NCBI GenBank assembly: GCA_028023455.1 | Contig: JAQFVV010000002.1 | Coordinates: 21,762,001-21,826,000 of the forward strand | Reading direction: 5' to 3' | From: Epiperipatus broadwayi | Taxonomy: Eukaryota; Animalia; Onychophora | Length of the DNA: 64,000 nt | Part shown: one piece after another, positions 25,903 to 38,649 of the stretch | Numbering within the stretch: position 1 is the first letter of the stretch | How the letters are laid out: the number at the start of each line of letters is the position of its first letter | Program-made: the position numbers and the translations under genes | The notes under the pieces: generated by a model | What the model was told of the DNA's origin: nothing | The model's database searches: none | Seen by the model: only the letters and a program-made list of their open reading frames with translations

Positions 25903-26001
25903 CGTAGAAAGAGAAAAAGATTTTGCAACAAGGTCTGCCACTTCTAAGCAATTTTCACAAACCCTCTCGAGTTCAGTTGAGCCAAATTGAGGTAAAACCA
26001 T
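25903..26001 (-). CDS. FYVE zinc-finger protein, internal exon (C-terminal half of FYVE)
   Basis: TTTTAG|ATG...ACG|GTAACT; 99 nt, phase 0/0; MVLPQFGSTELERVCENCLEVADLVAKSFSLST supplies the RVCxxC motif. Confidence 0.88.
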
Positions 26002-26724
26002 CTAAAACGTATATTTATATTAAGAAGAATTAATCATTTACAGTTTTGAAAATATATTGACAATAAGAAATAAGTAAATCATTATTATTTGCATACATGA
26101 ATACTAAAGAAAATTCAGTTTAACCCAATATTCTGAATAGAAGTTGCTGCATTTAAAATTATTAATTAATTCTACCCCCACCCACCGTTACATTTTCATT
26201 GTTGAAACAATTTATAACAATTCGAAAATATAGTTGATTGGTAAACATATATAGGAATAAGGAATGTATTTTGAATAGCAATCATTTTATACTTCAGATA
26301 TAAATGTGTCTGTGTTTCCACGAGTTAAATTCTTAATTCTTTGTACAAAGTTCTAATAAGGTACTATAATTAATCAATACTAAGATATAGCTTGCAATTG
26401 TTCGTTTTCTCAATATGGACATCTATTTATATATCATATAAATAGAGACAAACATTTGTATATTATATATGTTTATTTATATTATCTAATATTAAAGAAA
26501 TTTTTATTTCAAAACTTACATTTTACAGAGCAAAATGTACAAAAAGTACTTTATCAAGCAGTAATTTAACACAAACGGTGGCAGCCCAAAAAACAACTGC
26601 AAATGGATTTTAAATACAATATAAACTAAACCTGTACAAATAAGTAAATACTTGTAGAGCAAATAATCCATAAAGTCAAATTAATATTACAAAATAGAAT
26701 TTCATATTTCATGATTAGACCTAG

Positions 26725-26862
26725 AAAGTGACCACATGTGAGATGGATTGATAAAATAAGGAATTGTGCTGTGGTAATGTGGAGAAGAGACGCTAGAAAT
26801 CAGAAATAGATTGAACTTGGAGAAACCATCCTGTAGTGGATCAATTAAAATGATGATGATGA
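26725..26862 (+). mobile_element. Short RTE 3' end fragment
   Basis: GACCACATGTGAGATGGAT...GTGGAGAAGAGA...TGATGATGATGA tail. Confidence 0.75.
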
Positions 26863-27399
26863 CTTCTAAATTCATTGAAAGGCTTCACAATGCAGCAGTA
26901 GCATATCCATCTGCTGTGCCATGAACTTGGGTTTGAACTCAGGCAAAGTTAAAAAAAATTTGAATGCCTTATTTTTTCAGGTAGTAGGCTTATTATGGAC
27001 AACCAGATAATCATTTAATATTAATCAGAAAATAGGTATCTATTCATTCTTAGCTAGAAATTAAAGCACGGATGAAAAAAGTCTAAATTTCTCACCATGT
27101 AATAGTTGTAAAGCCTATTGAGTAGAGTCTTCATTTTCATTATTTTTCTATGAGAGGCCTTTGCTCTACGAGGGCTATTTAATTTAAAGATCTGCTTTAT
27201 CTTTTTATTTTTATTAAACTCACATAATTATGTGTGCATTCTTAAGTTTTCAAAACATTTTTTTTAAAAAAAGTTCCTCAAACCTGATAATTTGCTAGAA
27301 TGGAGTAAATAATGGTAATGGAAAAAACAAAAAAAAAATGTATTAGCAAGTGTAAAGAAAAATCGGTAAATAGATTGAATAAACCAATAAAATGTCAAC

Positions 27400-27860
27400 T
27401 GACTACACCACATAACCATAGCTTACATATTGTTGTTATAGCAGCAATATGTAAGCTAAGGCCATGGGATGGAATCAGGTGACATTTTATTGGCTTATAC
27501 TATATTCTGGCTACAAGATAACGAAGCCCATAGCTATTAAAAGACTAAAAACACCATAATATAAAGAAACTGAAGGTTTGAAATCTATATGAATATGCAA
27601 GAAAATTTGGCTTAGATTGAAAACATTTATATTTTTTTAGTTTGGGGTGATAACTTGATAGCATAATAGTGGGATAAGTGATAGGCACTGAAAGGAGAGT
27701 GCATTATATCCTATGGGTTCAGGCACACAGGTCTAAGATCCAAAGTTCTCACTGATGAAAGTCATAAGCTTAAAACTAGTCTAAGGATATAGGATAGGGC
27801 AGCATGGAATCGGGATTTTATAAACACTACCATCTTGCATTTATTGTTACTTACTAAAGC
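27400..27860 (+). mobile_element. Diverged family A/B element with inactivated hammerhead core
   Basis: 27752-27781 CTGATGA-AAGTCATAAGCTT-AAAA-CTAGTC (GAAA>AAAA); upstream TTAGATTGAAAA and downstream GGGATTTTAT match family A. Confidence 0.65.
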
Positions 27861-28329
27861 TTATGGTAAATAGTATAGAAATGGTGAAAAATATGCTGCT
27901 ATAGATTGTGAATAGTTATAAAATGTAAAATATGAACCTTTTTGTCCATCAACAATTATCCAACTTTACTAAATATTTACAATCATTAATCTGCTTTATA
28001 AGTTTCTGCTCTATACTAATTTTTAATCTTCTTAATTCATTCTTTTAGTCTTATGCATTATCTATAAATACAGCCATCTGAACCAATGAACTTTTATTTC
28101 CAATATTGACCCCATCGTCATCAATCAACACTCAATAATATATTTAAGTATATATTAAGCAAAACCAGAACTACTATTATTCCTGCTTGACAATTCTTTT
28201 TGTACATATCATTTCTATAAAAAGGCGTCCTACAAATATCTTAGTATATAAATTTCTCAACAGATTTCTTTTCTGATCTTGTTTTAAATATCTAACAAAA
28301 TAATTTATTTTACTCTTTTCATTGTCTAT

Positions 28330-29950
28330 TAAACAAATATTATCATTTTAGTTGCATCTCTCATCTCTATCTTCTTTCTTTTCATCATACATCATTTATC
28401 AGTTGTCATTAGTAATTGCATTTATCTTTCCTTTTACTATAACATCCCTCAACAGTAGTTCTTACTAATCCAGTTACACCTTTCTCATCTCTATCTTCTT
28501 TTGTTTTATTATATATTACTCAGCAGTAGTTCTCATTTTCCAATTACATTTATTCTCTTTCTATCTTATTTTTTGTTTTAATACAATCACCTGGTAGTAG
28601 GTTTTATCACTTCCATTGCATCTCCTGCCTCTCCATCTTCTCTTCTTTTACTATATCATTTTACAGTAGTTCTCATCACTTCAATTGCATTCTTCTTGTT
28701 GCTTTTCTTTTCATACATTCTGTCTCCTTAATTTCTTTCATTTTTACTGTACATCACTTAGCAATAATTCTCATTACTCTGATTGCATTTCTCTTTCTTA
28801 TTTTTTATTCCTATATCCATAGTAGTTCTCATCACTTCAATTGCATCTCTTGTCTCTCTAATTTTTCCATTATACTATACCCTTTGTGGCAGTACTTCTG
28901 ATCACTCCAATTGCATTTTTGTCTTTCCATCTTTTTTCTTTTACTATACACTGCTTGACAGTAGTTTTCATCAATTCAATACAACTGTTATTTTTTTTGT
29001 TTATTTCAGTATTTTATAATAATTTTCATCATTTTAATTACATCTTTCATCTCCATCTTCATCCTTTTACTATACATCACTTAGCAGTAGTTCTCATCAT
29101 TAATTGCAGTTCTCATCTTTCTATCTTCTTTATTTTTATGTATATTACTTGATAGTAATTCTTACTATTCCAGTTACACCTTTTATCTCTCTTTTTCCTT
29201 TCTTTATATTATTCAGAAATAGTTCTCATCATTCCATATCTTTTCTTTTCTTTTACTATAAGCTATTTGGACAGTATTTTTAGCACTCCATTATATCTTT
29301 TTGTCTATTTTTTTTCTTTACTATATCACCTCAATTGCATTGTTCCTGTCTCTTTTCTTTTCATTCGCTACATATCAGTCCATAGTAGTTCAAATTTCTA
29401 ATGATATCTCTTGTCTATCTTCTTTCTTTTTATTATATATTACTTGGCAGTAAATCTGATAACACTAATCATATATGGCATCTCTTTATTTCCTTTTCTT
29501 TTCTTTTAGATTACTTTCCAATATTCATCATCACATAATTGCATTTTTTTATCTCTCTTTTTTTCACTATATACCAGTCCATAGTAATTTTCATCACTCT
29601 AATTACATCTTTTATCTCTCTAACTTTTTTGTTTTTACTATGCACTTTTTGATAATAATTCTGATCACTGCAATTGCATCTTGTCTCTTTATCTTTTTCT
29701 TTTTACTATACATCACTTTATAGTAGTTCTCATTTCCTCAATTGCATCTTGTCTTTCTTTTCTTTTCATTATATATCACATTATAAATAGCTCCCATCAC
29801 TCCAATTGATTCGCTTGTCTCTCTATGTTCTTTCTTTTTACTATATATCTGAACACTTCAATTGAATCTCTATTAACTCTTTTTTTTTCTTTCACTGTAT
29901 ATGAATCTATAATAGTTCTCACCACTTTTATTGCACCGTTTATTTGTTTA
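28330..29950. repeat. Degenerate ~70-bp minisatellite array
   Basis: Recurrent (C/T)AGTAGTTCTCATCACTTCAATTGCATCTCTTGTCTCT...TTTTACTATACATCACT unit, roughly 20+ copies. Confidence 0.85.
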
Positions 29951-30099
29951 TTTTTTCAATTAAAAAACCAAATCTATTGAAAATTATGTAATATTTAATT
30001 TGCATATGAAATTAAACTGTTTTAGATTCATCATATTTCATTGTATTATGTTTTTCCCTCACAGGAAGCAACTACTATGAGTCATAGATTCATTACAAG

Positions 30100-31060
30100 A
30101 TCAATCACTTTTTTCAATCTTTACGCACATAACCTTTAATAATTGAACTGGAATCTTATCAAAACTTTTATATCTTCTTTATTACTAAACAAATTATCAA
30201 ACTTTATTTTCCAATTAATACAAGTGAAGATTTATTTATTTTTTTATCATAACATATACCTTCTATATTTTTTTTAATATGTATCATTTCTATCTAATTA
30301 TTGAATCTTTCTATGACCCTGCTTCATTTTCCAAAGTGTTTTTTTTTTTACCATATACAAAAATTAAATTTATTTTTCTTTCCATTTTCTCTTCCTTTTA
30401 TATTGTTTTTCTACTCGTTAATTTTTAGATTTATATTTTTATATGTATTTCTTCTCCAAGTCTTATATTTTCTTTTTGTTTTTCTCTATCATTTTATCCA
30501 TCATCTTATTATCAATTCCAGTTATTTCCTTTCCTTTCTTACTTTTCTTATAACTTATTCTTTTGCTGAAACATTTTTATAATTTTCATTATATAATTCC
30601 CCTTTTTTTTATTTGAATTTACTACTATGTACATTTATTTTTCTAATAAATAAATCTGATTTTTTTTTTAAATAATATTTTCTTTTAATTTATGAATGGG
30701 CCATTTTCATGTTTCAACTTTGTTTTTTTTTTGTAGTAGAAAACTTTGGTTATACCACTGTTAATTGTCATCTGAATTCATATTAGTTGTAAGATTTTGC
30801 TTCTGCATTTTCAATTCTGTTGCTAACCTACATTTTATAAAACCATAGTCTAACTGAAGAAGCCTTATCTCATGAAGTTTTCCATGTGTCAGTTTTTCTC
30901 TTGTGATTTTTGAACCCTATGATCATTTAGTACCATGTTGTTGTTATTTTACAAAAACTTCAATATTTCATCTCAATTATCTCCTTTGCTTTATCATCTC
31001 TTTCCTATTTTAGTTTAGCACTTTTGCTTTCTTTCAGTTCTACCTTTTCATTATATTCAC
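30100..31060 (-). mobile_element. Highly degraded LINE remnant (AP-endonuclease region)
   Basis: Minus-strand TWKTS*DKASS followed in another frame by LDYGFI, resembling the YTW...SRIDY motif of LINE endonucleases. Confidence 0.4.
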
Positions 31061-32339
31061 TTGTCAGCATGAAACCACAGACGATCTATCGTTATTGATG
31101 ACTTAACTATTAACAAAATATCATAAAGAAACTTGGAGAGATTCCATCCAAGAGGTAGAATCATCAGTAGCTGTATAAATTTCAACTCTGAAACTGCAGC
31201 CCCATATTTGGCGGTCATTATGTCATATATAATTGGTGTTTTCCCATGTTTACATAGTTCAGTAATTGATAAATTCCATTTATGAAGCAGATGAGTGCAA
31301 TGATCATGGTCTATTAATAAGACTCCAGTTATGTCTACAAACATCAAATTCATTTGGGTTTATTGCTGGATCTGGAAAAAAAAAATTATTTGAAACATCA
31401 TAAGTATTTTATTTTTTGTATCATCATTTTTGATTATAGATTCTTGGTTTAACATTCACAAGGAGAATCTTGATAAAGTTTCACTATCTAAGACTCATCT
31501 CAAATATATCACTTATAGGAACATTAATTGTAAATTCTAGAACTTACAACAAATATCTAATTGATTATGTCTGCAATTACCTCCAAAACAATTTATTATT
31601 ATGCCTTCATTCATTTTACAACAATCTATATCATATCTTTGGCTTGTCTATAGTTCTAATATCCCATGTACTTATTCTTACAATTTTTTAAATTCTAAGA
31701 CTCTAAACAGACAGCCATTATTGGATTAATTTGCTTAATCATGAGAATATGTGCCTTTATTTGTTTTCTCCAATCATTCTTCCAGATGTATTTCCAATCA
31801 ATTTCTATAATAGAGTTTCAATTTTTTTTTCCTTATTGCTAATTTGAAAAAACTGACCAAATTCTTAAATGCTAATTTAAAAACAAGAGATTATACTGTA
31901 AAATGTATAAAGTAATATATACACAGCATATTACAGTAAAAAGATGATGAGACCTCTTTTCAAGATTCCTGCAGCATGTTATGTAGCAATTTAGTTTAGC
32001 TATTCACCAAAAAACATTTGTGGGTTTGGATCATGAGTAATGACATAAAATGTAATGGTACATTTTATATCTTTACAAATCACTCTCAGTGTTTTTCCTG
32101 TCATTATGAGAGTTTGAGAACCAGTTACAAACATTCTTACAACTCATGGTTTTGCCATGATATACAGTTTGAATCATTTCAAAAATTTTGATAGCAGTTT
32201 TTTCCAAATTAAAATTAGCATTTTAAAAAGATTATGGTGAGTAGCTAAACTATATCACTACATAACACATGCTCATTCAAAGATGTCATTGCAGACAGCT
32301 TGGATAGAGAATGAGTCATCTTTATGCTGAGTCACATTA

Positions 32340-33135
<796 letters not shown>

Positions 33136-33535
33136 CATATTTATATAATAAAATCCATATAAATATTTAATTCATATATATATAACAAGGATGAAGGCTT
33201 CATGTATTGAACGGAATGAGTGCTTCCATAGAAAAATTCACTAAAAAGTTCAAAAGCTTTAAGTAAAATAGCTTTAATTAAAATTCGATTTCAAAAATTC
33301 ACTAAAATATGCACATATTCAACCTCACAAAATTGATCCAATAAGTTGCATATAGAATAGTGTGGTAAAAACAATAAGTACATTAGTGTATATAAACTAA
33401 TTTGTCAAGTGTAAACAAAAAGAGTCTCTAAACTATTTGCCAAATTTAAAAAAGAAGAATGAACAATTCAAACTCATTACTTTTTGTATGGAATTTCTAT
33501 TAACTTTCAATTTTTTTACCAACAGTTGAAGTGTT

Positions 33536-33595
33536 ATTAGATAGAGTGGAGAGTGGTGGGTTATGTGAAAGTCTGTGCTCATATACCCTATATTA
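33536..33595 (+). mobile_element. 5'-truncated family C fragment with 16-bp TSD
   Basis: TSD CAACAGTTGAAGTGTT at 33520-33535 and 33596-33611 flanks the family C 3' end ...GTCTGTGCTCATATACCCTATATTA. Confidence 0.8.
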
Positions 33596-33946
33596 CAACA
33601 GTTGAAGTGTTTTTATATAAGGCAATAATGAGTTTGACCATCGCATTATTCATTGATTATAAGACATTCAAACAATGCTAAAATGTAATTTAAAATTAAA
33701 ACTTAAGAATGTTAAAAGCATTTGGAAGATACAAATATCTTGATATTGCATTATATATAGTTAAACTATTCATGGTCTGATTAACAGATAAAAGAGTTCC
33801 AGATTTTTCTAGATATATGTATATATTAGCCATTACATAAAAATTATTGCAGCAAGTAAAGTCACGCTTTGTCATTGATATATATATATTAATTGCTCAA
33901 CAAGAAGCTGGAGTCATAAAAAGTTTGGACACTGGAAGAGAGGAAC

Positions 33947-34044
33947 TTTTTTTTTTTAAGTGTCATAGCATCGGCCGGGACGTGAACCCGCAACCTGGGC
34001 AACTGCCTGCAGTCGCACTGACCTCTCGACCACCAATGCAAGAC
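33947..34044 (-). mobile_element. tRNA-derived SINE
   Basis: Minus strand GCATTGGTGGTCGAGAGGTCAG...GGGTTCACGTCCCGGCCGATGCTATGACACTT(A)n. Confidence 0.8.
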
Positions 34045-34449
34045 AGAGATTAACTAAGTTATGATTGGGAATTTCCTAATATATTTGAGCACTAGAAATT
34101 GCAGAGCTTGACCACACAATGAGGTCCACAGACTATCATTTTATTATTGCACCAAACCTCACAGCATATAACACTAAATTTTAAAAAAATAATGAATGGA
34201 GAAAACAAATTGTTAAAACTTAAAAGATATATACTTATACAACATAAAAACCCTAACAGAAATTTGAATAAATTAAAAAAAAAAATCTCAACAAAAGTAT
34301 TTTCACCAATTAAATAATTAATGCATAAAAAAAATTGCTAATGGCTTTATTGGGCATTACCTAAACATAACCAGAATCATGGTTACCTAAAATTATCCAG
34401 AATCATTCACTTGAAAATGATGATGTTGTGGTACATAATTTTATCACTA

Positions 34450-35242
34450 AATGCTTTTAGTGGGGAACCCCCTGCATAAGTCTGACAAGGTCATCATCAA
34501 GTAAAATTATGACTTAACATGTTTTTGTTATGTGTACCTCACTTACTGGTCAATTTTTGTAATGGCTAAAAAGTTAGAAATACCTGAAATTCTGTTTACA
34601 ATTAAAGAAAATAGTGGAAAAACAGTTGTAATGCTTGAAACAGATTACAAGTTTACAAGTGGTTTAATGGAAATGTCAAATTCACCACATCCCAAAAAGC
34701 ATGGCAAATGAAGCTCGATGTCAAAAGAATGCTGATTCTTTTATGCAAACAGCATTGTTTACTTAGAATTTGTTCATAACAATTAGGTGTTTTACCTGGA
34801 AGTTCTAAAATATTTGCATGATGTGATAAAAATGAAATCATCCTGATTTATGGCAAAGTGAGGAGTCTAAGCGTTATCATGACAGTGTATAAAGCCTTGA
34901 ATGTGAAACAATTTTTAATTAAAAACAGCATGACCCAGCTTATCCATTAATCATATTCACCCTACCTTGCTTTGTGTAACTGCTTTTTACTTCCCCCAAA
35001 TGAAAAAATGCCTCAAAAGAAGAAATTTTGTCAAGTTGAAAGTGGTGAAGAAAAAATAACAGAGGCATTAAAAAGCATCACTTTGCAAGGGTTTCAGGAC
35101 TACTTCAAAAAATCAAAACACATTTAGATTGGTCCATTGCATCAAATAAACAGTACTTTGAAAGAAAATCAATTTGTAACACCTAAAAATAAATACATAA
35201 TTTTTTATTACAAAATTCCAATTATTTTGGGGTATCCCCTTT
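34450..35242 (+). mobile_element. Mariner (Tc1/mariner) transposase pseudogene, C-terminal half and 3' end
   Basis: Broken frames SPHPKK..MKLDVKRML, YLEVLK, HD, YSPYLALCN (YSPDLAPCD-like), EALKSITLQGFQDYFKK, IASNKQYFE; 3' end TTCCAATTATTTTGGGGTATCCCCT. Confidence 0.85.
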
Positions 35243-35496
35243 CTTTCTTTTATATTAGAAACATTATATGTGTATGGACAGATATCTTTCAGGTTGGTGT
35301 AAGCCTCATCATCATCATTAATGAAGAATTCCAATACAATATATATATATATATATATAGTCAAAATAAGAGTCATAGATCACATGACCCTATTCTCTTT
35401 AGCTTGTAAGTTATAAACAATGAGGATTGCCAATTCCTCAACAAGCTTTGTGATAAATGCTTAGCCAGAGAAAGCATTTAAAATATCTCTGTCAGG

Positions 35497-35560
35497 AATC
35501 CCCCCCCCAGATCCCTGACCATGGTTTCATGCTTTGGCACTCCTCAGAGAGGTGCCAGGG
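35497..35560 (-). ncRNA. Type I hammerhead ribozyme, family B
   Basis: CCTCT-CTGAGGA-GTGC/CAAA/GCAT-GAAA-CCATGGTC|AGGGA; palindromic stem III ACCATGGT; predicted GUC cleavage after 35517. Confidence 0.8.
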
Positions 35561-35614
35561 TAGGTTTAGACACTGTAAAAAAATATTAAAATGGAGTTTA
35601 AATATAAAATTTAG

Positions 35615-35712
35615 GTCAAGCATTGATGATCGAGAGGTCAGCACAGCTGCCTAACAAGCAGTTGTCACAGGTTAGCAGATTCGCTTCCCGGCTGATGCTA
35701 TAATCCATGAAA
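35615..35712 (+). mobile_element. tRNA-derived SINE
   Basis: GTCAAGCATTGATGATCGAGAGGTCAG...TTCGCTTCCCGGCTGATGCTAT. Confidence 0.75.
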
Positions 35713-36129
35713 TATATATATATAAAATTTAGTAAAATTTATTGAACTGAGCATACTTTCAATGCTTTTGCATCATATTCATGGTTAATCTGTTGAGAAC
35801 ATTAATTTTTTGCTGATTTTAATGCTATTTGGTTTTTGGTTCATTACATGCATATTCATTTTGTGTAATGAACCATGCCTTCTTTATTTTACATTTGTGA
35901 TCATTCTTTCTTTGCACATAATTTTAACAACCCTTGGATCACATGCATTAGGATAAGTAATCTTTTTACATTTTTTTATACTTTTTAAATAATATATAAT
36001 ACTAATATTCCCCATACCTATTTTAACATCACCATTTTCAATCAATATCATTCAATTATAGAATAAAAGTCTCTCTGAGTTTAGTTCCAGTTTTTCTAAT
36101 CCCTAACTTCTCTACAATACATCAACAAA

Positions 36130-36720
36130 TTCTTTATGTCACCATCCATCTCACATGTGGTCTTTTTCTAGATCCTTTAACAATTTCTTGGGATCCAATT
36201 TATGCTCCTCTATTATTGTATCTTCTAGCAATATGTCCAGCTCAGCTCTATTTCAGTTTCTTAATATTTTCAATGATGGTGTCACTGTTTTTTTCTCAAC
36301 CATATAATTAGTTTACAGTTTGTTTTGTTATTTCTAACATATGTCTCTATATACTTTGTTGAATGATCTGAAGTATCTGTCTTTCTTTTCTATCAAGTGT
36401 CCAAGTCTCAGATTCATAAGTGTAAACTGATAAAATGCAGCTATCTTTTCAAACACATGGGCATTTCTTTTAATTATTAAGTTACTTCTAATAAAAACAC
36501 TCCACCCAAGTTTAATTCTGTGATTAATTTTATCCATTAAATTTCCATCTATATTAATAATTCAATGAAGATATTTGTAGTCATCAATTTTTTCTAATCC
36601 ATAATGATTAGTCTATATTATCTTCTGAGAAAATCCATTGAACATTACATTAGTCTTTGTTAACATTTACCTTTAATTCTGCTTTCTTATTTACAAATGA
36701 CAACTCTTGCAGCATGTCTC
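36130..36720 (-). mobile_element. Degenerate RTE-clade LINE fragment
   Basis: ORF 36334-36537 MDKINHRIKLGWSVF matches the RTE copy at 1667-2086; 3' part CATCTCACATGTGGTC. Confidence 0.8.
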
Positions 36721-36900
36721 TATTTAATATAATATAAAACTAAGATGTATTAAATGTTATATTACTGCTAACCTCTTCTTCAGATACCATACACTTTCAT
36801 CATCATCAGCTATAATTCAGAAGCTCATAGAATGTTATAATACATGGTTTAAATTCACATTACACATTTTATAGTTTTTTTATTTATTATAATTAGTAAG

Positions 36901-37077
36901 TAATTAATAATTTATAAAGTGCATACTCATTACATAAGTAATATATATATATATATATTAAGGCTATAACCTTAAGACTATGTGCCCAAATGTGACAGTA
37001 GGGACCTCTACAAATCTTAAAACAAGATTTAACACCACTCTTGTCTTTTAAAGTCGTTAATCTTGTGTTAAGATTTA
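36901..37077 (-). mobile_element. Family F retro-insertion with 13-bp TSD and short inversion
   Basis: TSD TATAATTAGTAAG at 36888-36900 and 37078-37090; TAAGGCT(A/G)TAACCTT arm and AT-rich tail are homologous to 61607-61700. Confidence 0.65.
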
Positions 37078-37177
37078 TATAATTAGTAAGCTAACACATA
37101 CATGCTTGCAGACACACATTTTTCTAGTGCATATTTAAATTTTTACCTGTAAAAAAATTTAATATTAATACACTTAC

Positions 37178-37301
37178 TTTTCCACTACAACATTTATTAC
37201 ATAAAACTTGTCCACATTGCCGGCAATGATGTTTTCTACGAAGTTGGTTAAATCTTTGATGACACAAAAAACAATTTTGAGCTTCTTCATCTGAAACCCA
37301 T
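37178..37301 (-). CDS. FYVE zinc-finger protein, exon encoding the N-terminal half of FYVE
   Basis: TTTTCATTTTTTAG|A TGG...AAA|GTAAGT; 124 nt, phase 2/0; WVSDEEAQNCFLCHQRFNQLRRKHHCRQCGQVLCNKCCSGK has the WxxD, CxxC and RRKHHCR motifs. Confidence 0.93.
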
Positions 37302-37519
37302 CTAAAAAATGAAAAATTGTAAATAATTTCAATAATGATAATAAAAAAAATTACAAAACACAAAATATGCCAACAGCATTGTAAAATTAATGATTAACAA
37401 AGTCAATTTTTAGAGAAAAAATAATGTATAACAATTCTTTTGAGTCTTAATACATTTACTTTGTCTGGTATTGGAAATTATTTGGTTATTTTGATTATAC
37501 TATTCTGTTCTACATAAAA

Positions 37520-38590
37520 AAAATATATAGGGTATATGAGCACAAACTTTCACATGACCTACCAATCTCCACTCCATCTCATAACACTGATACACTTGAA
37601 CACATATATGTCAAAAAAGATAAATAATCACCAATATAGGTATTTCATGCTAAACCAGCAATCATCAGTTGGTCCAGATTATCATCTCTACACATATATG
37701 CCATGAGTGCTCAGATATATATTAAGATAGCCAATCTTCATACTTTAATGGACAGCCTTCAATCCACTCCACACTCCAACTCTTCAACTGACCATCCAAT
37801 TGAAAACCTGATGATGAAACACTCAAAGGTCACCCTAAGGCCGAGATTCTCATCACACCCATGTTGACTTAAAGTCAATCTGACACCCTCATGTAAGGAA
37901 ATAATCCATTTAATACATATACAAGAGATGGGCAGACATCTCTACTATGTAATAACTGAAATACAAGCTTATTATATACCTATATCTATATATGTAATAT
38001 ATAGGGTATATGAGCACAGATTTTCACATGACTCACCACTCTCCACTCCATCTTTTAACACTGATGCACTTGAACACATATATGTCAAAAAGATAAATAA
38101 TCACCAATACATGTATTTCATGCTAAACCAGCAATCATCAATTGGTCCAGATTATCATCTCTAAACCTATATGCCATAAGTGCTCAGATATATATTAAGA
38201 TAGCCAATCTTCATACTTTAATGGACAGGCTCTTTGAGCATTCCATCATCAAATTTTCAATTGGATGGATGATTGAAGAGTTGAAGAGTGTAGTGTGGAG
38301 TGGATTGAAGCCTGTCCATTAAAGTATGAAGATTGGCTATCTTAATATATATCTGAACACTTATGTCATATATGTGTAGAGATAATAATCTGGACCAACT
38401 GATGATTGTTGGTTTAGCATGAAATACGTATATTGGTGATTATTTATCTTTTCGACATATATGTATTAAAGTGTATCAGTGTTATGAGATGGAGTGGAGT
38501 AGTGGGTTATGTAAAAGTCTATGGTCATATACCCTATATATTACATATATAGATACAGATATATAATAAACCTGTATTTCAGTTATAAAA
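37520..38590. mobile_element. Family C hammerhead retrozyme-like insertion (~474-bp monomer, head-to-head)
   Basis: GGGTATATGAG recurs at 37530 and 38004; minus arm to ~38231, plus arm ~38232-38590; cores at ~37635-37668 (-), ~38108-38142 (-, C3>U) and 38399-38432 (+). Confidence 0.85.
38380..38450 (+). ncRNA. Type I hammerhead ribozyme, family C
   Basis: AATC-TGG-ACCAA-CTGATGA-T-TGTT/GGTTT/AGCA-T-GAAA-TACGTATA|TTGGT-GATT; palindromic stem III ATACGTAT; predicted AUA cleavage after 38432. Confidence 0.75.
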
Positions 38591-38649
38591 AATATATAAA
38601 ATTTCTGAAAGAAAAAAAAAACATGTAATTAATTGTTTACCATATATTA

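Noticed and set aside
28783-30582. Hydrophobic F/I/L-rich ORFs resembling membrane proteins
   Set aside because: They arise from the pyrimidine-rich minisatellite and the antisense strand of a decayed LINE; no splice or homology support.
37460-37509. 50-nt AG/GT-bounded block just upstream of the FYVE exon
   Set aside because: Stops in all three frames; at most a UTR exon, with no supporting evidence.
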